From Candidatus Magasanikiibacteriota bacterium (GTDB lineage: Bacteria; Patescibacteriota; Patescibacteriia; Magasanikbacterales; UBA922): a stretch of DNA of 58,642 bases. The notes under the pieces were generated by a model. It was not told the origin of the DNA. It searched no databases and saw only the letters and a list, made by a program, of their open reading frames with translations. How positions within the stretch are numbered: the stretch's first letter is position 1; every line of letters begins with the position of its first letter. Positions 9,372 to 17,452 of the stretch are shown here, one piece after another. A program made the position numbers and the translations under genes. The stretch lies in contig JAAZJX010000069.1 in assembly GCA_012800155.1 (NCBI GenBank), positions 1-58,642 on the forward strand, read 5' to 3'.

Positions 9372-10766
9372 ATGCCGAGAAAAAAAGTTCAAAAGAGTGT
9401 TAAAAAAACTCAAAAGAACAAGACAACTAAAACTGTAACTAAAAAATCAGTTACAAAGAAAAAAAAGACAACCCAAAAGGTTGTTTCCAAAGCTCAAAAA
9501 GCTATCAAAAAACCAGTCCGCAAACCATCAAAACGGACTACAAAAACTATTAAGAAAGTTACCAAAAAGAAAACAGTTTCAAAACCAAATAAGAAATTAG
9601 TTTCTCCAAAAAATAAAAAAAATAAGACTTTAACTAAGTCTGGTTTTGTAATTGATCAAGAAATAGTAAATCCACCAGATGAATTAGCCATTAAAAATTT
9701 AGTAGATAAAGGTAGAAGTAGAGGATTTTTAACAGAAGTAGAAGTTTTAAATCTTTTTCCTCGTTTGGAATGTTATTTGGAATATTATGAATTTGCTTTG
9801 GATTTAATGGATAAAAATAGAATTTCTGTAGTGGAAATGCGAGAAGGTTTTTTAGGTAAGAAAAATGATAATGCAGAATTGTTACAAGAATTTCAAGGTG
9901 AACAACCTGATGTAGAAGGAGAATTTGATTTAGGCGCTATTTCTCAAGATTCTATTCAAATGTATTTACGCGAGATTGGTAAGATTCCACTTTTAACTGC
10001 TGATCAAGAAGTTTCTTTGGCTAAAAGAAAAGAAAAAGGGGATAGAGAAGCTGAAAAAAAATTGATTCAAGCTAACTTGCGTTTAGTTGTATCTATTGCC
10101 AAAAAGTTTGTAGGAAAACAACTTTCGCTTTTGGATTTAATTCAAGAAGGAAATATTGGTTTATTTCGAGCTGTTAAAAAATTTGATCATCGAAAAGGTT
10201 ATAAATTTTCTACTTATGCAACTTGGTGGATTCGTCAAGCTATTACTCGTGCTTTAGCTGATCAATCTAGAACAATTCGTATTCCAGTTCATATGGTAGA
10301 AACTATCAATCGTTTTCAACAAATTTCTCGTCGTTTATTACAAGATTTAGGTCGTGATGCGACTCCAGAAGAATTAGCTGCAGAAATGGGAGAAGATTTA
10401 GATAAAATTAAACATATTATTAAAATTTCTCAAGAAACAATTTCTTTGGAAACTTCGGTTGGTGATGATGACGATGACGATTCTTCTTTATCAGATTTTA
10501 TTGAAGATGTAAAAACTGTTAGTCCTTCGCAATCAGCTGGTAGAGAATTATTGCGTGATTATATCAAAGAAGCAATGAAAGATTTATCTCCTCGAGAACA
10601 AAAGATTTTAGAAATGCGTTTTGGATTAGTGGATGGAGTAACGCATACTTTGGAAGAAGTTGGTAAGGAATTTGATGTAACACGCGAGCGTATTCGTCAG
10701 ATTGAAGCAAAAGCTTTAGATAAGATTCAAACTTTTGATATTTCTAGTAAATTGCGTGATTATTAA
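9372..10766 (+). CDS. rpoD: RNA polymerase primary sigma factor (sigma-70 family) with Lys-rich N-terminal extension
   Basis: Region 2 ([36 protein letters not shown]), region 3, and region 4 ([31 protein letters not shown]). Confidence 0.95.
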   Translation: MPRKKVQKSVKKTQKNKTTKTVTKKSVTKKKKTTQKVVSKAQKAIKKPVRKPSKRTTKTIKKVTKKKTVSKPNKKLVSPKNKKNKTLTKSGFVIDQEIVNPPDELAIKNLVDKGRSRGFLTEVEVLNLFPRLECYLEYYEFALDLMDKNRISVVEMREGFLGKKNDNAELLQEFQGEQPDVEGEFDLGAISQDSIQMYLREIGKIPLLTADQEVSLAKRKEKGDREAEKKLIQANLRLVVSIAKKFVGKQLSLLDLIQEGNIGLFRAVKKFDHRKGYKFSTYATWWIRQAITRALADQSRTIRIPVHMVETINRFQQISRRLLQDLGRDATPEELAAEMGEDLDKIKHIIKISQETISLETSVGDDDDDDSSLSDFIEDVKTVSPSQSAGRELLRDYIKEAMKDLSPREQKILEMRFGLVDGVTHTLEEVGKEFDVTRERIRQIEAKALDKIQTFDISSKLRDY

Positions 10767-10791
10767 ATACTAATTTATAAATTTAATATAT

Positions 10792-10817
10792 AAAAACCCC
10801 AGTTAAACTGGGGTTTT
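10792..10817. terminator. Bidirectional intrinsic terminator between convergent rpoD and sodA
   Basis: aaaaccccagt-taa-actggggtttt: an 11-bp perfect stem with A/T runs on both sides. Confidence 0.75.
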
Positions 10818-10887
10818 AATTTTTTATTTAAAACTCTTTATAAATAGAAAATAAAAAATAAATTAGTATTTAGTTAATAATTTTATT

Positions 10888-11469
10888 TTAAATTAATTTT
10901 ATTAAATTCCACCAAGCATTAATATAATCAATGCGTTTATTTTTATATTTCAGATAATAAGCATGTTCCCAAACATCAAGAGCTAAGATAGGTTTATGTC
11001 CCAGAGTTAGTGGAGAGTCTTGATTAGGTAATTGATAAATATCCAATTTTCCATCAGATTTTTCTACTAACCAAACCCAACCAGATCCAAATAAAGTAGT
11101 GGCAAGTTGAGTGAATTGTTCTTTGAATTTTTTAATTGAACCAAAATCACGATTTATTTTTTTTATTAAATTTTTATCTTTAGTATTATTAGGATTTAGA
11201 TTGGACCAATAAATATTATGATTTAAATAACCGCCACCCATATTTTTTAATTTTGTTCGGTCTATATTATTTATATTTAATTTTTCTAAATCAGTAAGTA
11301 TTTTTTCAGCTGTCAGATTTTTTAATTCAGGATATTTATCTACTAAAATTTGAAAGTTATCCATATATCCTTGATGATGTTTGGTATAATGTGTTTCTAC
11401 TGTTTGAGCATCTATGTTTGGTTCTAGAGCATCAAAGGTAAAATTAAGTTTTGGAAGTGTAAATTTCAT
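10888..11469 (-). CDS. sodA: Superoxide dismutase, Fe/Mn family (Mn-type signature)
   Basis: HYTKHH, GGGYLNHNIYW, NQDSP and LDVWEHAYYLKYKN motifs. The GG..NH and NQD residues are typical of the Mn class. Confidence 0.9.
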   Translation of the reverse strand: MKFTLPKLNFTFDALEPNIDAQTVETHYTKHHQGYMDNFQILVDKYPELKNLTAEKILTDLEKLNINNIDRTKLKNMGGGYLNHNIYWSNLNPNNTKDKNLIKKINRDFGSIKKFKEQFTQLATTLFGSGWVWLVEKSDGKLDIYQLPNQDSPLTLGHKPILALDVWEHAYYLKYKNKRIDYINAWWNLIKLI

Positions 11470-11553
11470 AAATTTAATTTAATAATTAGTTCTTCTCATA
11501 CTATTATAGTATAATATAATTAGTTTTTTGTCAACTGTTATTAATTATTTAGA

Positions 11554-11582
11554 TTGACCAAAAAAAATAATTGTATTATAAT
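11554..11582 (+). promoter_or_regulatory. Sigma-70-type promoter: TTGACC - 17 nt - TATAAT
   Basis: ttgacc (11554..11559), a 17-nt spacer, then tataat (11577..11582), about 35 nt upstream of the ATG at 11618. Confidence 0.6.
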
Positions 11583-11617
11583 TGTCTTGATAATTTTTTG
11601 TATTATATAAATATTTT

Positions 11618-12814
11618 ATGAAAAGATTTTTTATTTTTTTATTATTAATTTCTTTTTGCTTAAGTATTTTTTCTTTTGTTTCTCCAGTTCAAGCAGAAGA
11701 AATTGCGACGACAAATGAAAATAAAGTAGAATATGTTTTTTTTTATTCAGAAACTTGTCCACATTGCAAAGATCAAATTAAGTTTATCAATACTAAGCTA
11801 ATGAAAGAATATGGTGATTTTATTGATTTAAAAATGTATGAAGTAAGTAAAAGTTCTGAAAATCAACAAATTTTTCAACAATATATAAAATTTTATAATG
11901 TACAAACTAGTGGAGTACCAGTAGCTTTTATAGATGGTGAAGTGGTAGTTGGTTTTGCTAATAATAAAACGACTGGTAATAAAATTATGGGTATTGTGGA
12001 GAATAAATTATTAGAACGCGGTTTATTAGAAAAAGAGGAAAAAATAAATAACAATTCTGAATATATAAATATTCCTTTTTTAGGAGAAATAGATTTAGAA
12101 CAATTTTCTTTACCAGTTTTAACAATAATTATTGGTTTATTAGACGGCTTCAATCCTTGTGCAATGTGGGTTTTGCTTTTTTTAATTACTTTACTTTTGG
12201 GGATGGAAGATAAAAAAAGGATGTGGCTTTTGGGTAGTATTTTTATATTTTCTTCAGCCTTAGTATATTTTATTTTTATGGCTGCTTGGCTTCAATTTTT
12301 GATGTTTATGGGGATGGTTGTTGCTATAAGAATTATAATTGGTTTAGTGGCAGTGGGAGTTGGTGGAAAAAGTTTAAAAGATTTTTGGAAAAGTAGAAAA
12401 ACTGAAGGCGTTGTTTGTGAAGTATCTAGTAAAAAAAATACTCAAAAAATTTTTGCTAAAATTAAAGATATTGTTTATAAAAAAAGTTTATGGTGGTCAA
12501 TATTAGGTATTTTATTATTAGGTTTTTCAGTAAATTTAGTAGAATTAGCTTGTTCTGCTGGTTTTCCAGCAATATTTACACAAGTGTTAGCTTTGAATGA
12601 AATGCCAATTTGGAAGAAATATATGTATATGGTTGGTTATATATTCTTTTATATGTTAGATGATTTATTGGTATTTTTTATTGCGATGTCTACTCTTAAA
12701 TCAAAAGTTTTTGGTACTAAATATGCTAAATATACTAATTTAGTTGGTGGTTTGTTAATATTGATTCTTGGATTGTTATTAATTTTTAAACCAGAATGGT
12801 TAATGTTTAGTTAA
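11618..12814 (+). CDS. Secreted thioredoxin/glutaredoxin-fold domain fused to a DsbD/CcdA-like polytopic membrane domain (thiol:disulfide oxidoreductase)
   Basis: Signal peptide (..SPVQA), then a CxxC redox motif (ETCPHCK) with GVPVAFIDG. A multi-TM domain follows, with membrane-embedded Cys residues (GFNPCAMW, ELACSAGFP). Confidence 0.7.
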   Translation: MKRFFIFLLLISFCLSIFSFVSPVQAEEIATTNENKVEYVFFYSETCPHCKDQIKFINTKLMKEYGDFIDLKMYEVSKSSENQQIFQQYIKFYNVQTSGVPVAFIDGEVVVGFANNKTTGNKIMGIVENKLLERGLLEKEEKINNNSEYINIPFLGEIDLEQFSLPVLTIIIGLLDGFNPCAMWVLLFLITLLLGMEDKKRMWLLGSIFIFSSALVYFIFMAAWLQFLMFMGMVVAIRIIIGLVAVGVGGKSLKDFWKSRKTEGVVCEVSSKKNTQKIFAKIKDIVYKKSLWWSILGILLLGFSVNLVELACSAGFPAIFTQVLALNEMPIWKKYMYMVGYIFFYMLDDLLVFFIAMSTLKSKVFGTKYAKYTNLVGGLLILILGLLLIFKPEWLMFS

Positions 12815-12835
12815 TTAAGATTTAATAAACAAGTA

Positions 12836-12863
12836 AAAAGTGTAAAAATTTGTTACACTTTTT
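12836..12863 (+). terminator. Intrinsic terminator
   Basis: aaaaagtgtaa-aaatttg-ttacacttttt. Confidence 0.6.
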
Positions 12864-12915
12864 ATATTTTAATAAATGTGTTAAAATAATTGCACTTAAA
12901 ATAATTATATAATTT

Positions 12916-13503
12916 ATGTCAAAAGAAGTTGTTTTAGATATTGAAACTATTGGAGATCTTAGAGATCAGGCTAATATGAAAATTACAGTGGTATCTATTT
13001 ATGAATATGAACATGATCAATACCGCTCTTTTGAAGAGCATGAGTTAGGAGATTTATGGCCAATCTTAGAAAAAGCTGAAAGAATAATTGGTTTTAATAG
13101 TGAACATTTTGATTTACCAATTTTGAATAAATATTATGCAGGTGATTTATTAAGTTTTCCTCAATTAGATATTTTAAAAATAATTAAAGAATCTACTGGT
13201 CATCGTTATAAATTAAATGATATTGCTAAAGCAACATTACAGATAGAAAAAAGTGCGGATGGTTTTCAAGCGCAAAAATGGTTTGAAGAAGGAAAATTAG
13301 AAGAAATAAAAAAATATTGTGAACAAGATGTAAAAGTTACCAAAGAGATTTATGAATATGGTAAAAAAAATAAAATGCTTTATTATAATACTTTAGTAGG
13401 AGAATTAGTACCATTTGCTGTTAATTTTGATTTACCAATACAATTACAAAGTATGGATGGTAATCAAACAAATGGAAGTATTAATTTAACTTTACCATTT
13501 TAG
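12916..13503 (+). CDS. DEDD-family 3'-5' exonuclease / RNase H-like fold protein
   Basis: Exo I (VLDIET), Exo II (GFNSEHFDLPIL) and Exo III (KYCEQDVKVT) motifs. Confidence 0.75.
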   Translation: MSKEVVLDIETIGDLRDQANMKITVVSIYEYEHDQYRSFEEHELGDLWPILEKAERIIGFNSEHFDLPILNKYYAGDLLSFPQLDILKIIKESTGHRYKLNDIAKATLQIEKSADGFQAQKWFEEGKLEEIKKYCEQDVKVTKEIYEYGKKNKMLYYNTLVGELVPFAVNFDLPIQLQSMDGNQTNGSINLTLPF

Positions 13504-13573
13504 TTAAAATAAAAAGTAAAGAATAAGAAATAAGGAATAAACTTTTGTGTTTATTTCTTTTTTCTTAATAAAT

Positions 13574-13601
13574 TTGACAAATCATACTTTTGTAGTATAA
13601 T
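13574..13601 (+). promoter_or_regulatory. Sigma-70-type promoter: TTGACA - 16 nt - TATAAT, for the Fe-S operon
   Basis: ttgaca (13574..13579) and tataat (13596..13601), followed by an 8-6-8 inverted repeat, aatttaat-tatctt-attaaatt (13599..13620). Confidence 0.6.
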
Positions 13602-13628
13602 TTAATTATCTTATTAAATTAAAATTTT

Positions 13629-14033
13629 ATGTTACAGTTTAATAAAGAATTGGGTTATAGTTTACAATTTATTTTTGCTTTGTCTAATTTAAATAAAAAT
13701 GAGCTTTTGGGTTTACGAAAGTTTTCTGATGAAAAAAATATTTCTTTTTTATTTTTACAGAGAATTGCTAGAAAATTGCGTCAAGGTGGTATTATTCAAT
13801 CTATTAAAGGAGCAACTGGTGGTTATTATTTAAAAAAAAGTTTAACTAAAATTAGTCTTAAAGATTTACTAGAAGTTTTAGATGGAGAATATGCAGTGAT
13901 TGATTGTTTGAAAAGTGATGTTGTTTGTCCAAAAGAAAAAAATTGTACAGCTCATAAAGTTTTTAAAAAAGTAAATAATTCTTTATTAGATTATTTAGGT
14001 AAAATAAAATTATCAGAATTATTAGAAGATTAA
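13629..14033 (+). CDS. Rrf2-family transcriptional regulator (IscR-like)
   Basis: N-terminal winged-helix region (LQRIARKLRQGGIIQSIKGATGGYYL) and a C-terminal Cys cluster, C-x6-C-x5-C (CLKSDVVCPKEKNC). Sits directly upstream of nifS. Confidence 0.85.
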   Translation: MLQFNKELGYSLQFIFALSNLNKNELLGLRKFSDEKNISFLFLQRIARKLRQGGIIQSIKGATGGYYLKKSLTKISLKDLLEVLDGEYAVIDCLKSDVVCPKEKNCTAHKVFKKVNNSLLDYLGKIKLSELLED

Positions 14034-14034
14034 T

Positions 14035-15273
14035 ATGTTTTTTAATAAAAAGAAAAAATCTTTTGTATATTTAGATCATGCGGCAACAACTTATATAGAT
14101 GAACGAGTTAAACAAGCAATGGAACCTTTTTGGATAAAAGAATTTACCAATCCTTCATCTTTATATGCTCCGGCTTTAAAAGTGAAAGGATTTTTAAGTG
14201 AGGCTAGAAAAAAAGTGGCTAAAATTTTACAGGCTTTACCTGATAATATTATTTTTACTAGTGGAGGAACTGAATCTAATAATTTAGCAATTTTTGGTAT
14301 TGCTAGAAAATATCAAAATCAAGGAAAACATATTGTAACTAGTAAAATTGAACATCAGGCAGTACTTCGTTGTTGTGAACAATTAGAAAAAGAAGGATTT
14401 ACAGTAACTTATTTAGAACCAGATAGTGAAGGTTTTATTTCTCCTAAAAAAGTTTTATCAGCTATTACTCCAGAAACAATTTTAGTAACAATTATGTATG
14501 CTAATAATGAGATCGGTACTATTGAACCAATTGTTGAAATTGGTAAAGAAATTTTGAAATGGAGAAAAGAAAAAAATACTGTTTTTCCTTATTTTCATAC
14601 AGATGCTTGTCAGGCAGCTGGTGCTTTGGAATTAGCTGTAGAAAAATTACATGTAGATCTTTTGACTTTTAATGGAAGTAAGATTTATGGTCCTAAAGGT
14701 GTGGGAGTTTTATATAAGCGTCGTGGAGTAGAAATTCAACCTTTGTTTTTTGGAGGAGGACAAGAAATGGGTCAAAGAAGTGGTACAGAAAATATTTCTG
14801 GAATTATTGGTTTAACTAAAGCTTTGGAATTAGTTCAAGATAATCGTCTTGCAGAAAATAAAAGATTATTTAATTTAAGAAATTATTTTTGGGAACAAGT
14901 ACAAACAAAAATTAATAAAGTTAAACTTAATGGTCCTAAATTAGAAGATGAATTATTGCGTTTGCCTAATAATTTGAATTTTTCTATTTTGGATGTAGAA
15001 GGAGAAGCTTTGTTATTATATTTGGATAATTATGGTATTTGCTGTTCAACTGGTTCAGCTTGCACATCTGCTTCACTTGAACCATCTCATGTTTTATCTG
15101 CTTGTGGTTTACCGTATGAATATTCTCATGGTAGTTTGCGTTTTAGTTTAGGACATTGTAATACCAAAGCAGATATTGATTATGTAATGGAATATTTACC
15201 TGAAATAGTAGAAAAATTAAGAAAAATTAGTCCAGTTAATTTAGGAGTTGTTCAACATGCTAAATATAAATAA
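14035..15273 (+). CDS. nifS: Cysteine desulfurase (NifS/IscS class I, PLP-dependent)
   Basis: YLDHAATT, HTDACQA, the PLP-lysine region FNGSKIYGPKGVG, and the catalytic loop STGSACTSASLEPSHVL. Confidence 0.93.
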   Translation: MFFNKKKKSFVYLDHAATTYIDERVKQAMEPFWIKEFTNPSSLYAPALKVKGFLSEARKKVAKILQALPDNIIFTSGGTESNNLAIFGIARKYQNQGKHIVTSKIEHQAVLRCCEQLEKEGFTVTYLEPDSEGFISPKKVLSAITPETILVTIMYANNEIGTIEPIVEIGKEILKWRKEKNTVFPYFHTDACQAAGALELAVEKLHVDLLTFNGSKIYGPKGVGVLYKRRGVEIQPLFFGGGQEMGQRSGTENISGIIGLTKALELVQDNRLAENKRLFNLRNYFWEQVQTKINKVKLNGPKLEDELLRLPNNLNFSILDVEGEALLLYLDNYGICCSTGSACTSASLEPSHVLSACGLPYEYSHGSLRFSLGHCNTKADIDYVMEYLPEIVEKLRKISPVNLGVVQHAKYK

Positions 15274-15318
15274 AATATTAAAATTAAAATTTTAAATTAA
15301 CTATTTAAAATTATAGTT

Positions 15319-15972
15319 ATGAAAATAAATAAAAAAATTGATGGAAGAGATGCACAAGGTAATACTTGGTTATATAGTGATATAGTTAAAGATCATTTTT
15401 TTAATCCGCGAAATATTCTTTTTTATGGCGAAGAAGAAATTTATGAAGCAGATGCTAGCGGAAGAGTTGGATCTCCTGCTTGTGGTGATGAAATGGTTGT
15501 TTGGTTAAAAATTGATCCAAAAACAGAAAAAATAAAAGAATGTAAATGGCAAACTTTTGGTTGTGGTTCAGCTATTGCTTCAACTAGCGTTATGAGTGAA
15601 ATAGTAACAGAAAATAATGGATTGACAATTGATCAAGCTTTAAAAATTAAACCTCAAGATATTATGGAAAGATTGGGTGGTTTACCAGCTCAAAAAGTAC
15701 ATTGTTCAGTATTAGGAGATAAGGCTTTGCGAATGGCTATTAATGATTGGTTTCGTAAAACAGGACAACATCAGCGAATTGTTGTTGAAGGAGCCAAAAT
15801 TATTGATGAAAAATTAAGGATTACTGATCGAGATATTGAGGAAGCTGTTTTGGAAGGAGCTAGAAATTTAGAAGATATACAGAAAAAATTAAAAGTAGGT
15901 GTGGCTAGTCCGGAAGCTATTCCTGAAATTGAACAATTAATAAGATTTTATACTGAAAAGTATTATGGTTAA
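15319..15972 (+). CDS. nifU: Fe-S cluster assembly scaffold, NifU/IscU-like N-terminal domain plus a Cys-less C-terminal extension
   Basis: Three scaffold Cys residues (SPACGD, FGCGSAIAS, KVHCSVL). The C-terminal roughly 70 aa resemble a BFD-like domain but lack cysteines. Confidence 0.88.
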   Translation: MKINKKIDGRDAQGNTWLYSDIVKDHFFNPRNILFYGEEEIYEADASGRVGSPACGDEMVVWLKIDPKTEKIKECKWQTFGCGSAIASTSVMSEIVTENNGLTIDQALKIKPQDIMERLGGLPAQKVHCSVLGDKALRMAINDWFRKTGQHQRIVVEGAKIIDEKLRITDRDIEEAVLEGARNLEDIQKKLKVGVASPEAIPEIEQLIRFYTEKYYG

Positions 15973-16023
15973 AAATTTTAAAAATAATTTTAAAAATAAT
16001 ATTTAATTTTTTAAATAAAAAAT

Positions 16024-16212
16024 ATGTCAAAAATTAAAATTGATCAAGAAAAGTGTGTTGGTTGTGGAAGTTGTAGTTATATTTGGGAAGAAAATATAAA
16101 AATGAATGAAGAAAATAAAGCAGAGATAATTGATTCTAGTTTAGAATTAGAAGAAGATAAGATTCAAGATTTAATAGATAGTTGTCCAGTAGGAGTAATT
16201 GAAAAAGAATAA
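16024..16212 (+). CDS. Small ferredoxin (single Fe-S cluster)
   Basis: CVGCGSC ... CPVGVI: a Cx2Cx2C...CP pattern in a 62-aa acidic protein. Confidence 0.85.
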   Translation: MSKIKIDQEKCVGCGSCSYIWEENIKMNEENKAEIIDSSLELEEDKIQDLIDSCPVGVIEKE

Positions 16213-16243
16213 AAAATCCCGCCAAAATGGCGGGTTTATTTTT
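16211..16243. terminator. Bidirectional intrinsic terminator
   Basis: aaaaaat-cccgcca-aaa-tggcggg-tttattttt lies between the convergent ferredoxin gene and the 61-aa ORF. A second hairpin, ttgtcaaca-gaaa-tgttgacaa, is at 16249..16270. Confidence 0.8.
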
Positions 16244-16290
16244 GGGGGTTGTCAACAGAAATGTTGACAAAGAAAAGAATTTGATTGGTC

Positions 16291-16476
16291 TTATAGCAGA
16301 TTGCGGAAAGGATCGGTTGAACGAAGAAAATTTTCAGTAAGAAAATCTACTTCATTAGGTAGGCGGGGACAAATTTTTGGATCCCTTGTTGAATTTTTTT
16401 GGTTACCGTCATTTGGATAAGACGGTATTCCTTTTTTAACTTGGCTCAATGTGAGCTTAGACCAATATCTTCTCAT
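16291..16476 (-). CDS. Hypothetical small protein (61 aa)
   Basis: Strong Shine-Dalgarno (AGGAGG, 8 nt before the ATG) and an extended -10 (TGaTATACT) upstream on the minus strand. No recognisable family. Confidence 0.5.
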   Translation of the reverse strand: MRRYWSKLTLSQVKKGIPSYPNDGNQKNSTRDPKICPRLPNEVDFLTENFLRSTDPFRNLL

Positions 16477-16520
16477 GTATTTATCCTCCTGTAAAATACT
16501 TTTTTAGTATATCATATTTT

Positions 16521-16550
16521 GAGAAAAAAGCAAGAAATTGCTTTTTTCTC
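16521..16550. promoter_or_regulatory. Perfect 13-bp stem / GAAA-loop hairpin in the divergent intergenic region
   Basis: gagaaaaaagcaa-gaaa-ttgcttttttctc, followed on the + strand by ttattttt. It lies 26 nt upstream of the rsmI ATG. Confidence 0.4.
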
Positions 16551-16575
16551 TTATTTTTGATAAGATTTATTTATT

Positions 16576-17304
16576 ATGAATGAAAAAGGTAAATTATATA
16601 TAGTAGCTACACCAATTGGCAATCTTGGTGATATTACTTTACGCGCTTTAGAAACTTTAAAAAAAGTAGATTTTATTTTATGTGAAGATACTAGAAATAC
16701 TCAAAAACTTTTGAATTATTTTGAAATAAAAACTAAGACAATTTCTTATCATCAACATAGTGAAATTAAAAAATTATTAGAAATTAAAAAATTATTAGTA
16801 AGTGGTAAAAATTTAGCTTTAGTAACTGATGCTGGTACACCGGGAATTAGTGATCCGGGAAATAAATTGATTGACATGATTTTGGATGAAGTTCAAGTAG
16901 AAAATTCAAAATATTTCGTTAACAAAAAAGATTCATCAATGATTGTTCAGTCTGATAATATAATACCAATTCCAGGTCCTTCGGCAGTTATTACAGCTTT
17001 GAGTATTTCAGGATTTCCCGCAGATAAGTTTTTGTTTCTTGGTTTTCCTCCACACAAAAAAGGACGACAAGCATTTTTTAAAGAAATAGCTGAAAGTAAA
17101 TATACAATAGTTTTTTATGAATCTAGTCATAGAATAAAAAAATGTTTATTAGAATTAGTAAAAGTTTTGAATGAAAAACAACAACTTTGTATTGGCAGAG
17201 AGTTGACTAAGAAATTTGAAACAATTTATCGTGGCACAATTCAAGAAATTTTAAAAATGAATATTAGTGAAAAAGGTGAGTTTGTAGTGGTTGTTAGTAA
17301 GTGA
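16576..17304 (+). CDS. rsmI: 16S rRNA (cytidine1402-2'-O)-methyltransferase RsmI
   Basis: Tetrapyrrole-methylase fold motifs: LYIVATPIGNLGDITLRALETLKKVDFILCEDTR, DAGTPGISDPG, IPGPSA, ESSHRI. Ends in a TGA stop. Confidence 0.88.
   Translation: MNEKGKLYIVATPIGNLGDITLRALETLKKVDFILCEDTRNTQKLLNYFEIKTKTISYHQHSEIKKLLEIKKLLVSGKNLALVTDAGTPGISDPGNKLIDMILDEVQVENSKYFVNKKDSSMIVQSDNIIPIPGPSAVITALSISGFPADKFLFLGFPPHKKGRQAFFKEIAESKYTIVFYESSHRIKKCLLELVKVLNEKQQLCIGRELTKKFETIYRGTIQEILKMNISEKGEFVVVVSK
16762..16797 (+). repeat. Perfect in-frame 18-bp tandem duplication (EIKKLL x2) inside rsmI
   Basis: gaaattaaaaaattatta occurs at 16762..16779 and again at 16780..16797. Confidence 0.9.
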
Positions 17305-17452
17305 TAATTAGTAACTAATAATTACTAATTTTTAATATGATAAATTTTTTATGATTTGAATACTTGGAAAAAATTATTTGTTTATATGAGAAATTTACAA
17401 AATGATAAATAGTTTCACTAAAAGAGAAATTAAATAGATTTATTAGTTAATT

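Noticed and set aside
13510-13560. The shared gtaaagaataa motif after the exonuclease gene (about 13513) and after atpB (about 21609) as a dispersed repeat family
   Set aside because: Only about 11 nt are shared in very AT-rich terminator-like contexts. This is too short to distinguish from chance.
17296-17304. Alternative genetic code (UGA recoded as Gly or Trp, as in some reduced-genome lineages)
   Set aside because: rsmI ends at a TGA at the expected C-terminus (..VVVSK*). All conserved proteins are full-length under the standard code, with no in-frame TGA needing read-through.
17305-17452. T-box or other riboswitch leader upstream of metG
   Set aside because: The 148-nt spacer is very AT-rich. 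It lacks a recognisable T-box motif or a specifier/terminator arrangement. Only a weak A/T palindrome (aattagtaa...ttactaatt) sits at its 5' end.
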